Shown one piece after another: positions 46,061-56,694 of a stretch of DNA of 64,000 bases. Numbering within the stretch: position 1 is the first letter of the stretch; each line of letters starts with the position of its first letter. Source of the DNA: an uncultured Dehalococcoidia bacterium. GTDB lineage: Bacteria; Chloroflexota; Dehalococcoidia; DSTF01; WHTK01. Made by a program: the position numbers and the translations under genes. Where the stretch lies: NCBI GenBank assembly GCA_964422735.1, contig CAYRCD010000002.1, positions 11,817-75,816 on the forward strand. The letters run 5' to 3'. The notes below the pieces were generated by a model. That model was not told where the DNA came from and did not search any database. It was given only the letters and a program-made list of their open reading frames with translations.

Positions 46061-46069
46061 GAGCACTCT

Positions 46070-46957
46070 ATGAGCATTCTCGTAAACGCCAGCACTCGCG
46101 TCATCGTCCAGGGCATCACCGGCCGCGAGGGCGGCGCGCAGACCGAGCGCTGCATTGAGTACGGGACCAAGGTCGTGGCCGGCTGTACTCCCGGACGCGG
46201 CGGGGAGAAGGCGTTCGGGGTGCCCGTTTTCAACACGGTTGCTGACGCGGTCAAGGAGGCGGGCCCGATCGACTGCTCACTGATCTTCGTGCCGGCGCCG
46301 TTCGCGGCCGACGCCATCCTGGAGGCGGCGGACTCGGAGATAAAGCTGATCATCTGCATAACCGAGGGCATCCCCACCATCGACATGATGACCGTGAAGC
46401 GCACGCTTCGCGGCAGCGGCCTGACCCTCATCGGCCCCAACTGCCCGGGGGTGATCACCCCGGGCGAGTGCCGCGTCGGCATCATGCCCGGCAATGTCTT
46501 CAGCCCCGGCCACGTGGGCGTCGTGTCGCGATCGGGGACGCTGGTCTACGAGGGCGTGGACCAGCTCACGCGGCAGGGGATCGGGCAGTCGACCTGCGTC
46601 GGCGTGGGCGGCGACCCGATCATCGGCACGACACAGCGTCAGGTCCTGGAGATGTTCAATGCCGACGCGGACACCGCCGCCGTCGTGTTGATCGGCGAGA
46701 TCGGCGGCACGGCCGAGCAAGAGGCTGCGGAGTACATCAAGGCTGAGATGCGTAAGCCGATTATCGCCTTCATTGCCGGCAGCACGGCCCCTCCCGGCCG
46801 GCGCATGGGTCACGCCGGCGCCATCATCGCCGGCGACTCCGGCACGGCGGCCGCGAAGAAGGCGGCCCTCGCGGCCGCCGGCGCGACGATCTGTGACTCT
46901 CCGGCTGAGATCGGCCTGACGGCGGCGCGGGTGCTGAAAGAGCGCGGCCTGCTTTAG
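46070..46957 (+). CDS. sucD: succinate--CoA ligase subunit alpha
   Basis: 295 aa: GITGREG, catalytic-His loop MGHAGAI. Confidence 0.9.
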   Translation: MSILVNASTRVIVQGITGREGGAQTERCIEYGTKVVAGCTPGRGGEKAFGVPVFNTVADAVKEAGPIDCSLIFVPAPFAADAILEAADSEIKLIICITEGIPTIDMMTVKRTLRGSGLTLIGPNCPGVITPGECRVGIMPGNVFSPGHVGVVSRSGTLVYEGVDQLTRQGIGQSTCVGVGGDPIIGTTQRQVLEMFNADADTAAVVLIGEIGGTAEQEAAEYIKAEMRKPIIAFIAGSTAPPGRRMGHAGAIIAGDSGTAAAKKAALAAAGATICDSPAEIGLTAARVLKERGLL

Positions 46958-47015
46958 CGCTGCACGGCGCCGCGCAAGACGCCAGGCAACGCGGCCACGT
47001 CCGCCACTGGTCAGA

Positions 47016-49028
47016 TCAGGGTGGGACCTGGGTGACATTTCCCTGGCCGCGCGTCGGCGTGATCGTCGGCGTGCGCGTGGCCGTACTTGAAGGGGCGACG
47101 GTGTTCGTCACGGTCGGCGGGGCGGAAGTCGATGTCGGCGGCGCCGCCGTCGCTGGCACTGCCGGCCGTGGCGAAGCCGTGGGCGACGCCGTCGCTGATG
47201 GCGACGCGGCGACCGTCGGCGTGGTTGTGACCAGCGGCGCCCGCACTCGTATAGTGCACTCGGCGACCGTCCTCTCGCTGGCACGAGTGAAAGTCACCAC
47301 CAGCCTGTACTCGTCGACGCGGCCTGGAGTCGCGCCGGGCGCCGGCAATGCATCGACAACGAGCTTCAGGTTGGGCTGGGCCTGAACACTTAACGACTGC
47401 GGGATGGTGCCCGGCGATAGGGGCTGGACTCCAATATCTGAGATCTGGAAGCCCGGCAAAACGCGGGAATCGAACGTCAGCTCACTGCGGCCCTGCTCAA
47501 CTTCGACGGGGCCCGGGCCGCAGACTATCTCACGGACACCGCCCGGGCGCGTGGGTAAAGCGGCGACGCCGGCGGCCGGACTGGTGTTGTCACCACCTTC
47601 GATCGAGTCGCCGATGGCCAGGCCGAGATACGCCGCCAGAACGGTAGCCCCGGCGAGGAGGATGGCAAGGGAGATGCGGGTTGGGCCGTTGTCACCGAGC
47701 CAGCCGGCGAAGCTCTGCCAGGGCCGCCGCGGCGGACCGCCACCCAGGAATCCGCTCTGGTCGAGTCTAAGCGGACGCGCCGGCAGGGGCGGTGGCCCAA
47801 AAGGAGCGCCCGGGACGGCCGCCTCAGCTCCAGTACTCGCGGCGGAGGCCAGAGCAGCGCCGGCTGACGCCTCGGCCGCCTGGCGCTCAGCCGCGGGCCC
47901 ATCCTCACTCTCGGGTGCAGCGGGCGCCGGGAACGCTGTCTCGCGGCCGGCGCGCCCGGCGGCCGAGGGAAGCGGCTCCGGCTCGGTGACGCCGACTTCT
48001 GGCTCGGAGAGCTCTGTCCGTGGGGGGGGCACGTCCGCGGCTTCTGCTAAAGGATTGCCCGCTGGCGCTCCGGCCGCTTCCTCCGCAATCGTGCCGTCCG
48101 ACAATTCGGTGGCCTGAGATTCCTGCGTGGCGCCGACGGCGTCGTCCGGCACTTCACCCGCCCGCACTGTCCCGGCGGCGCCGGCGAAGGGTAGGGCTCC
48201 CTGTAGCCTCTCGGCTTCGGGGTCCGTATCAGGCGCGGGCGCGGCAAGTAGAGCTTCGACCGCGGCGTGAAGCTCGGGACTCGCTCCCAACGACTCGAAT
48301 GCCGCGAGAAGCTCGGCCGGCGCCGTATGCGCGCGGCGCGTCTGGCGGCAGGCGGGACAGGTTTCCGAGTGCCGCGCAACGTCCCGGCGGAGCGTGGGAC
48401 TGACCTGAGGGTGCGGGGCGACGATCGCACCCAGGTCCGCACAGGCTGACACGCCGCGGAAGTAGAGAACGCTCGCCGTGAAGGTCTCTTCGAACACGCC
48501 GCGGAGGCGGCCGAGAACGGCGTAGATGCCGCTCTGGGACATCGAGGCGGCGTCGGCGATCTCGTCCGCTGAGAGGCCTCGCCGGAGCGAAAGGTCGAGG
48601 AGGCTAAAGTCTCGGGGACGCTGGGCGCGGGCCGCCTGCCAGGCCCAGGCGGCCATCTCGCGGTCGCCGCAGTCGGGATTGTCGTCCGGCAGCCGGCTGA
48701 AGCGGGGATCGTTCTCAGCGGAGGACCCGGCAAGCTCGCCGCTGCCGGCGCCGCCACGCCCGCGCAGGCGGTCGATAGTCTCATCCCGCGTGAGACCGAA
48801 CAGCCAGGCGGCAAGACGCAGCCGCGGTGCCGTCTGGGCCTCCCTCGCGGCTCGGGCCAACGCCGCCGCGACGGCCGCGGCGGCAACGCTCGGATCGAGT
48901 GATGTGCGGAGGGCGAAATCGTGGAGGGCGTCGAGGTAGCGGCCGGAGACGGCGGCGAGAGCGCCGTCATCTCGATTCGCCAGCCTGGTCAGAAGCTCTT
49001 CGTCAGATACCTGCTCATTGAGGTTCAT
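47016..49028 (-). CDS. ECF-type sigma-70 factor fused in one polypeptide to a zf-HC2 anti-sigma module, disordered linker, TM helix and extracytoplasmic domain with Pro/Thr-rich tail
   Basis: 670 aa. Sigma region 2 (DEELLTRLANRDDGALAAVSGRYLDALHDFALR). Region 4 (LSADEIADAASMSQSGIYAVLGRLRG). zf-HC2 (VARHSETCPACRQ). TM (ISLAILLAGATVLAAYLGLAI). PT-rich C-terminus. Confidence 0.7.
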   Translation of the reverse strand: MNLNEQVSDEELLTRLANRDDGALAAVSGRYLDALHDFALRTSLDPSVAAAAVAAALARAAREAQTAPRLRLAAWLFGLTRDETIDRLRGRGGAGSGELAGSSAENDPRFSRLPDDNPDCGDREMAAWAWQAARAQRPRDFSLLDLSLRRGLSADEIADAASMSQSGIYAVLGRLRGVFEETFTASVLYFRGVSACADLGAIVAPHPQVSPTLRRDVARHSETCPACRQTRRAHTAPAELLAAFESLGASPELHAAVEALLAAPAPDTDPEAERLQGALPFAGAAGTVRAGEVPDDAVGATQESQATELSDGTIAEEAAGAPAGNPLAEAADVPPPRTELSEPEVGVTEPEPLPSAAGRAGRETAFPAPAAPESEDGPAAERQAAEASAGAALASAASTGAEAAVPGAPFGPPPLPARPLRLDQSGFLGGGPPRRPWQSFAGWLGDNGPTRISLAILLAGATVLAAYLGLAIGDSIEGGDNTSPAAGVAALPTRPGGVREIVCGPGPVEVEQGRSELTFDSRVLPGFQISDIGVQPLSPGTIPQSLSVQAQPNLKLVVDALPAPGATPGRVDEYRLVVTFTRASERTVAECTIRVRAPLVTTTPTVAASPSATASPTASPRPAVPATAAPPTSTSAPPTVTNTVAPSSTATRTPTITPTRGQGNVTQVPP

Positions 49029-49096
49029 CTGCTAAGCAGCAGTTTAACGGATGGCGATCTCTGGGTGAATGGGCTCAAGCGGGCTGTGGGCCCCGC

Positions 49097-49999
49097 TCAC
49101 ACTGTGACGGCTGGCGACGCGAACACTTTCTCAGGCGCCCATATGGCGTCAGCGTCGCGGCGTAGTACTGCGAGAAAGTCTCCCTCGACGCTAAACGCCC
49201 GGCAACGCCCGGGCCGGACAGCGTCATCGGGGGACGCCAGCACAGGCACCTGTCCGTTTGAGACCCTGGCGGCGTTTTGCATCGAGAGAATGACCGCGGG
49301 CCATTCGATCAGGACTTCGTCGGCAGCGAGGAGCCGGTCGCGCCAGGCGCCCGAGTCGAACTCCTCACGCAGGCGCTCGGCATCGACCGAGTCTTCGATG
49401 CGGAAGTTGCCGACCGCGGTGCGGGTCAAACCGGCCAGGCAGCCACCGACCCCCAGCTCGCGACCGAGGTCGTGAGCGAGAGAGCGGACATAGGTTCCTT
49501 TGCTGCATTCGATCTCGACGGCCAGGTGAGGTAAGTCCAGGGTGCAAAGCTCGAGCTTATACACCGAAACACGGCGGGGCCGCGGCGAAACAGGCGCCCC
49601 GGCGCGGGCGAGACGGTGAAGAGGAACGCCCCCGGCTTTCAGCGCGCTGAAAGCCGGGGGCGTCTGTTCGATCTCACCTTCGAAGCGGGCCAGCGCAAGA
49701 CGGATGTCGGCCTCGCTGACGGCGCTGGCGTCATTCGTTCCGATGACTGTGCCCGTGGTGTCGTAGGTGTCGGTCTCGGTGCCCAGGAGGAACGTGCCAC
49801 GGTACGTCTTGCGGGCATCGACCAGGTACTGAATCAGGCGCGTGGCCCTTCCCAGGCAGACGGGCAGAACACCCGTGGCCGCGGGATCGAGAGTGCCGGC
49901 GTGCCCGACCCGGCGGACGCCGGACCGCCCGCGGACGAATGCGACCACGTCAAAAGAAGTCCAGCCTTGCGGCTTGTTGACGTTCAGAATGCCGTGGAT
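49097..49999 (-). CDS. truB: tRNA pseudouridine(55) synthase
   Basis: ORF track starts at GTG 49948, but the frame stays open upstream and encodes the conserved TruB N-terminus (.HGILNVNKPQGWTSFDVVAFVRG.). No ATG/GTG/TTG lies before it: candidate ATC at 49997-99 or CTG overlapping the rbfA stop. Confidence 0.8.
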   Translation of the reverse strand: MHGILNVNKPQGWTSFDVVAFVRGRSGVRRVGHAGTLDPAATGVLPVCLGRATRLIQYLVDARKTYRGTFLLGTETDTYDTTGTVIGTNDASAVSEADIRLALARFEGEIEQTPPAFSALKAGGVPLHRLARAGAPVSPRPRRVSVYKLELCTLDLPHLAVEIECSKGTYVRSLAHDLGRELGVGGCLAGLTRTAVGNFRIEDSVDAERLREEFDSGAWRDRLLAADEVLIEWPAVILSMQNAARVSNGQVPVLASPDDAVRPGRCRAFSVEGDFLAVLRRDADAIWAPEKVFASPAVTV

Positions 50000-50013
50000 A
50001 TCAGCCGATCTCT

Positions 50014-50373
50014 TCAGTCGCTCGCCGCCTCGTGGGTCGAGACCTGGTTGATTAGCGATAGGACCTCCGCGCCCCTGGCGATCGAGGTATCGAGACGAAA
50101 GGTGAGAAACGGCACGCGGCGGATCGCCATGCGCTTCTTTAGCTCGCGGTGGAAAAAAGCCGCGGCGGCGGTGAGGGCTCTCATCGCGTCCGCCTGCTCC
50201 TTCTCGTCGCCCATGACGCTGACGAAGACGCGTGCGTTGGCGAGGTCAGGAGTCACCTCTACCTGGGTTATCGAGATGAGACCACCCAGGCGAGGATCCT
50301 TGACCTCTCGAAGGAGGAGGTCGGCGATCTCGTCGCGGATGAGGTCGTTTACACGCTCGGTGCGTCGGGACAT
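50014..50373 (-). CDS. rbfA: ribosome-binding factor A
   Basis: 119 aa RbfA KH-like signature: RVNDLIRDEIADLLLREVKDPRL. Confidence 0.85.
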   Translation of the reverse strand: MSRRTERVNDLIRDEIADLLLREVKDPRLGGLISITQVEVTPDLANARVFVSVMGDEKEQADAMRALTAAAAFFHRELKKRMAIRRVPFLTFRLDTSIARGAEVLSLINQVSTHEAASD

Positions 50374-50421
50374 CGCAGCCTCGCCCTCCCGCGGCCGAGA
50401 ACCGCCCAGGTTACCGGGGGC

Positions 50422-52203
50422 CTAGCTCTCCCGCTCGCGATGATAAAACTCCAGGATGTCGCCGTCCTGGAAGGCGTCGAAGCCCTCGAGCATGATGCCG
50501 CACTCGAACCCGCTCTGGACCTCGCGCACGTCGTCCTGGACGCGGCGGAGGCTATCGACTTTGGTGTCCGAGAGCATCTCGGCACCGCGCATGACGCGAA
50601 CGAGATCGGAGCGGTGGAGGGTGCCATCGAGGACCATGCATCCGGCGACATTGCCCCGCCGGCTGATCCGGAAGATCTGACGGACCTCGGCGTGGCCGTC
50701 GATTACGTCTTTGAAGACCGGCGCCAGCATTCCCTTGAGGGCCTTTTCGACATCCTCGATCAGGTTGTAAATCACCCGGTACTGGCGAATTTCGACCTTT
50801 TCGGCTTCGGCCAGGCGCTTGGCTCCGGCATCGAGCTTGGCGTTGAAGGCGATGATGATGCCCTTCGAGGCGACAGCGAGCATTACGTCCGACTCGGTCA
50901 CGGCCCCGGATCCCGAGTGGATGATCTTCACGTGCACCTCGGCATTGCTCAGCCGCTCGAGCGAGTGACGGATCGGGTCGATCGAGCCCTGGACGTCCGT
51001 CTTAAGAATCATGTTCAGTTCTCGCACGTGGCCGGTGCTGATCTCGCCGAAAAGGGTGTCGAGGTTCACGGGACGGGCCTCGCGGGCGCGGGCGGCGTCG
51101 CGCTCTCGACGCCGTTCCTCGATGTCGAGGCGCGCCGCGCGCTCGTCCTCGACAACCTGGAAGGTGTCGCCGGCCAGGGGGACGGTGCGCAGGCCGAGGA
51201 CTTTGACCGGCGCGGACGGCCCGGCCGAGCTCACGTTCCGGCCATGCTCGTCGAACATCGCCTTGATCTTGCCGGGGGCATCGCCGGCAATGAGGGCAGC
51301 GCCAAGGCGAAGCGTGCCGCGCTTGACGAGCAGCGTCGCCACGGGCCCGCGGTTTGTCGTGAGCTCCGCTTCGATCACGCTGCCCATCGCGGGCCGCGTG
51401 GGGTTAGCCTTCAGGTCTTGAAGCTCGGCGACCAGGAGGATGCTCTCCAGCAGATCCTGGATTCCCTCCTTGGTCCGGGCGGAGACCTTGACAGCGACGA
51501 CGTCGCCGCCGAACTGCTCAACGACGACCTCGTGCTGGACGAGCTGCTGGAGCACGCGGTCCGGATCGGCGCCGCCGAGGTCGATCTTATTCACCGCGAC
51601 GATGAGGGGCACGCCGGCGGCCCTGGCATGGTTTATCGCCTCAATGGTCTGCGGCATTACGCCGTCATCGGCCGCGATAACGAGGACCGCGATGTCCGTA
51701 ACCTGCGCGCCGCGTGCCCGCATGGCGGTGAAAGCTTCGTGGCCCGGGGTGTCGAGGAAGGTGATCTTCTCGCCGTTGACCTCCACCTGGTAGGCGCCTA
51801 TGTGCTGGGTGATGCCGCCGGCCTCCTGGGCGGTAACGTTCGTCTGGCGGATCACGTCCAGCAGGCTTGTCTTTCCGTGGTCGACATGGCCGAGGATCGT
51901 GACGACCGGCGGGCGCCTGACGAGCTGGGACGGGTCTTCTTCTTCGTCGGCCGCCGCGGCGACGGGCTCCCGTTCGACCAGCACCTCGGCCGTCTCGACC
52001 CCACCCATCTCTCGCGGTTCGAAACCAAGGTCGGTCGCGATAATGGCCGCCGTATCGTAGTCGATCACCTGGTTGATGCTGGCCATGAGGCCGTTCTTCA
52101 TCAGCTCCTTGATGATCTCCACGGGCGAGACAGTCAGCAGATCGCCGAGCTCCTTGACCGTGAGAGCGCGCGGAAGCTCGACGGCGTTGCTATTCGTGAC
52201 CAA
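50422..52203 (-). CDS. infB: translation initiation factor IF-2 (short form lacking N-terminal extension)
   Basis: 593 aa: G-domain [24 protein letters not shown]. Confidence 0.9.
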   Translation of the reverse strand: MVTNSNAVELPRALTVKELGDLLTVSPVEIIKELMKNGLMASINQVIDYDTAAIIATDLGFEPREMGGVETAEVLVEREPVAAAADEEEDPSQLVRRPPVVTILGHVDHGKTSLLDVIRQTNVTAQEAGGITQHIGAYQVEVNGEKITFLDTPGHEAFTAMRARGAQVTDIAVLVIAADDGVMPQTIEAINHARAAGVPLIVAVNKIDLGGADPDRVLQQLVQHEVVVEQFGGDVVAVKVSARTKEGIQDLLESILLVAELQDLKANPTRPAMGSVIEAELTTNRGPVATLLVKRGTLRLGAALIAGDAPGKIKAMFDEHGRNVSSAGPSAPVKVLGLRTVPLAGDTFQVVEDERAARLDIEERRRERDAARAREARPVNLDTLFGEISTGHVRELNMILKTDVQGSIDPIRHSLERLSNAEVHVKIIHSGSGAVTESDVMLAVASKGIIIAFNAKLDAGAKRLAEAEKVEIRQYRVIYNLIEDVEKALKGMLAPVFKDVIDGHAEVRQIFRISRRGNVAGCMVLDGTLHRSDLVRVMRGAEMLSDTKVDSLRRVQDDVREVQSGFECGIMLEGFDAFQDGDILEFYHRERES

Positions 52204-52221
52204 TATGTCCCCGCCTCACTG

Positions 52222-52515
52222 CTAACCGGTAATCGCCGTCGCATCCGCCAGCGTCGCGGCAAAGGCGGCGAGCTGGCTCCGGGCGTCCGGACCGATCTTC
52301 ACTTTCAGGGCCGCGCCCAATCTGTCCTTCTTGAGGGCCGCCTCCCAGCATTCGGAACGGCGGCACAGGTAGGCGCCGCGACCGTTTTTCTTTCCGGTCG
52401 GGTCAATCTCAACAACGCCCGAAGGTGTCCTGACGACGCGCACGAGCTGGCGCTTGACGGTGGTCGACCGACAAACGACGCAGGTGCGTTGTGGCAGGCT
52501 TCGTGGCGCGGCCAA
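52222..52515 (-). CDS. ylxR: YlxR/DUF448 family RNA-binding protein
   Basis: 97 aa: RTCVVCR...GRGAYLC motif, positioned between nusA and infB as usual. Confidence 0.75.
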   Translation of the reverse strand: MAAPRSLPQRTCVVCRSTTVKRQLVRVVRTPSGVVEIDPTGKKNGRGAYLCRRSECWEAALKKDRLGAALKVKIGPDARSQLAAFAATLADATAITG

Positions 52516-52538
52516 TTCCCGTCCTTTCGTACATCGGC

Positions 52539-54056
52539 CTAGCGGCGGGAGAAGAAGTCGACATCAATGTCGTCGTCCGCGACGGCCTCGAGCTCTTCTT
52601 CGATCTCCTCGTCGACGGCGCGGCGGCCGCCGCCTCTGCGCGCGGCGAGAGTGCGCCGTGCCCGCGCCTGCTCCTCGGTCTCGCGGCCGGGGCGGCCGCG
52701 CGGGGCGGGCCTGGCAGCCTTGCCCTTTTTCCCCTTTACCTCGGCCGCGCCCGTGGTCCGCAATATCTCTTCCGCGAACCGCACGCCCCCGGTCCTCTCC
52801 GCGGCCAGCGGCGGCACGGCCCGGGGCTCAGCCTCGCCCGGCACCGGCGTCGCCACGACCGTCGACGGTGCCGCCTCCTCGGTCTGGAGCGGCTCGGCAA
52901 CCTCTGCCCAGACGGGAGTCGGGTGCCGGTCTTCGATCTGCGCCTCCGGCTCGGCGATCATCTGCGACTGCGGCGCCGAGGCCTGCTCTTCTTCGACCGC
53001 GCTCAAGCTCTTGATATCGATGCGCATGCCCGTAAGCTTCGCCGCCAGGCGCGCGTTCTGCCCCTCCTTACCGATCGCCAGGGAGAGCTGGCGGTCGGCC
53101 ACGACAACCTCGGCGGTGTTGTCATCGACAAGGAGCCGGACCGCGTGTACCTGGGCCGGGCTGAGGGCGTTGGCGACGAACTTCGCCGGGTCCGGGTCCC
53201 ACTGGACCACGTCGATCCGTTCGCCGTTGAGCTCATTTACGACGTTCTGGATGCGGATTCCGCGCAGGCCGACACAGGCGCCCACGGGGTCGACGCCATC
53301 CTGACGCGACCAGACGGCCACCTTGCTCCGGAAGCCCGGTTCGCGGGCGATGGCCTTGATCTCGACGGTGCCTTTGAAGATCTCCGGCACTTCGAGCTCG
53401 AAGAGGCGGCGGAGGAGGTTCTTGTGCGTCCTCGAGACCGTCACCTGCGGCCCTCGAGCCGCCTTGTGGACCTCCAGCAGGTAGACCTTCAGCCGCTGGC
53501 CGGGACGATAGTGTTCGATTCGCACCTGCTCGGGCGGCGGCAGGACCGCTTCCGTCTTGCCGAGGTCGACGTAAACGTGACGGGCCTCCAGGCGGTGGAT
53601 CACACCGGAGATGATGTCGCCCTCTTTGCCCGAGTACTCTTCGAACACGACCTCGCGCTCAGCCTCGCGCAGCCGCTGCAGTACGACCTGCTTCGCCGTC
53701 TGAGCCGCGATTCTGCCGGCGTTCTGGGGGAACACCTCGAGGTTGACGACGTCGCCGAGGTAGGTCTTCGGGTCTAGAATGCGCGCCCCTTCGAGGTCAA
53801 TCTCGGTCCGTTCGTCCTCGACCTCCTCGACGACCGTCCGCTGGGCGAAGACCCGCGCGCCGCCGGTGTTGGGGTCGATCTTGACCACGAGGTTCGAGCT
53901 TGCGAGCGCGTCCTTCTTGTAGGCTGAAGCGAGCGCCGCTTCGACCGCCTCGAACACGACCTCTTTGGGCAGGTTCTTCTCGGCCGAAAGCTGGGTGATC
54001 GCTGTCAGGAAGTCATTCTTAGGGGTGGCTGTTGTGCCCCGGATCGCGGTGGCCAA
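52539..54056 (-). CDS. nusA: transcription termination/antitermination factor NusA
   Basis: 505 aa, TTG start with GAAGGAGA RBS. S1 and KH domains and acidic C-terminal repeats. Confidence 0.9.
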   Translation of the reverse strand: MATAIRGTTATPKNDFLTAITQLSAEKNLPKEVVFEAVEAALASAYKKDALASSNLVVKIDPNTGGARVFAQRTVVEEVEDERTEIDLEGARILDPKTYLGDVVNLEVFPQNAGRIAAQTAKQVVLQRLREAEREVVFEEYSGKEGDIISGVIHRLEARHVYVDLGKTEAVLPPPEQVRIEHYRPGQRLKVYLLEVHKAARGPQVTVSRTHKNLLRRLFELEVPEIFKGTVEIKAIAREPGFRSKVAVWSRQDGVDPVGACVGLRGIRIQNVVNELNGERIDVVQWDPDPAKFVANALSPAQVHAVRLLVDDNTAEVVVADRQLSLAIGKEGQNARLAAKLTGMRIDIKSLSAVEEEQASAPQSQMIAEPEAQIEDRHPTPVWAEVAEPLQTEEAAPSTVVATPVPGEAEPRAVPPLAAERTGGVRFAEEILRTTGAAEVKGKKGKAARPAPRGRPGRETEEQARARRTLAARRGGGRRAVDEEIEEELEAVADDDIDVDFFSRR

Positions 54057-54095
54057 GGTTCATTCTCCTTCGCCCAAGGTCAGGAAAAAGGCTAA

Positions 54096-54118
54096 CAAAA
54101 AAGTGGGCCGAACCCACT
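54096..54118 (-). terminator. rho-independent terminator after proS, upstream of nusA
   Basis: Minus-strand RNA AGUGGG-UUCGG-CCCACU followed by UUUUUUGUUAGCC. Confidence 0.55.
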
Positions 54119-54188
54119 CCAGAATCCCAACCTATGCTGAGCCTAATATAGCACCGCCCCTCTCCGCTGGCAACGCCGCCGCCGGCGC

Positions 54189-55886
54189 TCAGTGGGCGGC
54201 CATCGCTTTCAGCCGGGCGACAGCGTCCGCCAGTGGCACCAGGTCCACGTCCGCGGCGGCCCGTCGCTTGACCTCGACGGCGTCCTTCTCGAGGCTTCGC
54301 GGGCTAATGGTCACCCGGAGGGGCAGGCCGATAAGGTCAGCGTCGGTGAACTTCACGCCGGCCGAATCGGTCCGGTCGTCAAACAGCACTTCGAATCCTG
54401 CCCGCCCCAGGTCCTCATATAGAGCACTCGCCTTCTGGGCGACCTCGGGACGGTCGGGACTGAGGGCGACCAGGTGCAGGTCGAAGGGGGCGAGGGCGGC
54501 GGGCCAGACGATCCCGCGCTCGTCACGGCAGGCCTCGACGACGCACTGAAGCAGGCGGGTTGTGCCGATGCCGTAGCAACCCATGATCGCGGCGTGGGTC
54601 TCCCCGCTGGCGTCGCGGAACTGTGCGCCCATCCTTTCGCTGTAGACCGTCCCCAGCTTGAAGATGTGGCCCATCTCGATGCCGCGCCGCTGGTCCAGGC
54701 CCGCGCCGCAGCGAGGACAGGCATCGCCGGGCCGGGCCAGAGCGATGTCCGTAACAATGTCGGCCTGCCAGTCACGCGGATAGTTGACGTTGCGCAGGTG
54801 GACATCGGGCTTGTTCGCACCGCCGACGAGGTTCGGTGAGGTCAGCACCGAATCGTCGGCCACAATCTTCACACCCGTCAGCCCAACCGGAGACGCGGAG
54901 CCGGCGACTAGCCCCGCCGCCTCGACCTCGTCGTCCGCCATTAGTCGCAGCTCCGCGGCCTTGAGGGCGTTGCTCAGCTTGATTTCGTTGACGGCCAGAT
55001 CGCCGCGAATGGCGACGAAGACGGGCTTGCGGTCTGAGGCGTAAAAGACCGCCTTGAGCGTCCGCGATGGAGGAATCGAAAGGAAGTCGGCCAACTCCTC
55101 GATCGTCTTCTTGCCGGGAGTGCTGACCTCTTCCACCGGCCGAGCCGGCTCCAGGGGAACCTCGAACTTCTTGTGCTCGGCCTTCTCGGTGTTGGCGGCG
55201 TAGCCGCACGCCGGGCAGATAAGTAGCTCGCTCTCCCCGAGCTCAGTCACGAGCTGGAACTCCTGACTGTCTTTGCCGCCGATGGCACCGGAATCGGCGA
55301 GCACCGGGAGGGCCGGCACACCACAGCGCTGGAATACACGCTCGTAGGCCTTGAACATCGCGTCGTAGCTCTGGTCGAGCCCGGCGGCGTCGGCGTCGAA
55401 GCTGTAGAGGTCCATCATGCCGAACTCGCGCCCGCGTACCAGCCCCATACGGGCACGCGGCTCGTCCCGGAACTTGGTCTGGATCTGGTAGAGCATCAGC
55501 GGCAGCTCGCGGTAGCTCTGGACGTTGCGACGGAACAGGTCCACCACCACTTCTTCGTGCGTGGGACCGAGAGCGAGATGGCGCTCGCGACGGTCGGTCA
55601 GCGTGAAGAGGGTCTCGCCCAACATTTCTTTGCGTCCGGACTCCTCCCACAGGTCGATGGGCTGGAGGGTGGGCATCAGGATCTCCTGGCCGCCGGCGGC
55701 ATCCATCTCCTCCCGCACGATCTGCTCGATCTTGCGCAGCACTCGATAGCCGAGGGGCAGATAGCTGTAAATGCCCGCGGCCAGCTGCTCGACCAGGCGG
55801 GCGCGGAGGAGGAGGCGGTGGGAGTCGTGCTCCGCCTCGGTAGGCGCTTCGCGCAGAGTCCGGCCAAACAGGCGCGACATCAACAT
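54189..55886 (-). CDS. proS: proline--tRNA ligase (bacterial type with editing domain)
   Basis: 565 aa class-II aaRS motifs, ProRS-specific N-terminus MLMSRLFGRTLREAP. Confidence 0.9.
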   Translation of the reverse strand: MLMSRLFGRTLREAPTEAEHDSHRLLLRARLVEQLAAGIYSYLPLGYRVLRKIEQIVREEMDAAGGQEILMPTLQPIDLWEESGRKEMLGETLFTLTDRRERHLALGPTHEEVVVDLFRRNVQSYRELPLMLYQIQTKFRDEPRARMGLVRGREFGMMDLYSFDADAAGLDQSYDAMFKAYERVFQRCGVPALPVLADSGAIGGKDSQEFQLVTELGESELLICPACGYAANTEKAEHKKFEVPLEPARPVEEVSTPGKKTIEELADFLSIPPSRTLKAVFYASDRKPVFVAIRGDLAVNEIKLSNALKAAELRLMADDEVEAAGLVAGSASPVGLTGVKIVADDSVLTSPNLVGGANKPDVHLRNVNYPRDWQADIVTDIALARPGDACPRCGAGLDQRRGIEMGHIFKLGTVYSERMGAQFRDASGETHAAIMGCYGIGTTRLLQCVVEACRDERGIVWPAALAPFDLHLVALSPDRPEVAQKASALYEDLGRAGFEVLFDDRTDSAGVKFTDADLIGLPLRVTISPRSLEKDAVEVKRRAAADVDLVPLADAVARLKAMAAH

Positions 55887-55887
55887 C

Positions 55888-56295
55888 TCAGGGCTCCAGG
55901 CGGGTTATGCCGGGGATGTGGTCGAAGTCGGTATCGAAAGAGTAAACCTCGGACGTATTTGTATCCTGCATGGCCACCACTATGTATGCGTCCGTGAGAT
56001 CGACGTTCTGGTCCACGTAGACCATGAAGATGCGCGACCAGGCGGTCTTATCGCGCAAGTGGACGTTTGGAAGTTGCAAGAAGGCCATAAGGAAGTCGCG
56101 GATAGTCGCTCTAGGCATGCGGCCGAGGCGCGAGGTCTGAAGATTTGCCGCAACCTCGGCGAGGACCAGATCGGGCACGAAAACATCCTCGGCCGTTTCA
56201 CTGATGTGGCTCATCAGCGCAATCGCGCGAGCGTGCTGGCTCGCGTCCTGATCGACTGCCGCGCTCAAGAGGACGTTGGCATCGACAAACCTCAA
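55888..56295 (-). CDS. vapC: PIN-domain toxin VapC
   Basis: 135 aa: MRFVDANVLL... PIN acidic quartet. Stop abuts the proS start. Confidence 0.75.
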   Translation of the reverse strand: MRFVDANVLLSAAVDQDASQHARAIALMSHISETAEDVFVPDLVLAEVAANLQTSRLGRMPRATIRDFLMAFLQLPNVHLRDKTAWSRIFMVYVDQNVDLTDAYIVVAMQDTNTSEVYSFDTDFDHIPGITRLEP

Positions 56296-56561
56296 GCGGT
56301 TTGATCCTTTTGAGGCCTTGTCCTGTACGCCACCGCCTGTCCGCCCAGCGCCTCTAGAGCGAGCTCGTCGAAGTCGACCGCTTGGGTTTGGTCTCCGATC
56401 CGGACAAGGGGAAGCGACGCGAGCATCTCATCGAAGCTGGGAAGGCGTTCTACGCCGAGCTTTCCGTCCAATTCCAGCGCGATCAAGACCGTGTCTCCGG
56501 GACGAAGACCCAGCGCTTTCCGCAGGCTCGATGGAATCGTAATCTGGCCCTTTTGGGTCAT
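56292..56561 (-). CDS. vapB: AbrB/MazE/SpoVT-type antitoxin VapB
   Basis: ORF 56292..56636 trimmed to MTQKGQITIPSSLRKALGLRPGDTVLI (swapped-hairpin AbrB motif). 4-nt overlap with vapC. Confidence 0.65.
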   Translation of the reverse strand: MTQKGQITIPSSLRKALGLRPGDTVLIALELDGKLGVERLPSFDEMLASLPLVRIGDQTQAVDFDELALEALGGQAVAYRTRPQKDQTA

Positions 56562-56694
56562 TACGCTCGTGGCGGCATCCAAGGACCGTCGTGGCCGCAC
56601 GGCGCCCTGAAGCATCTGCGCAGATTTGGGCATCATAGTATCCTTCGTGTTACGACTGCCGTATTGTACTACGCCGGCATGATCGTAATACGGA

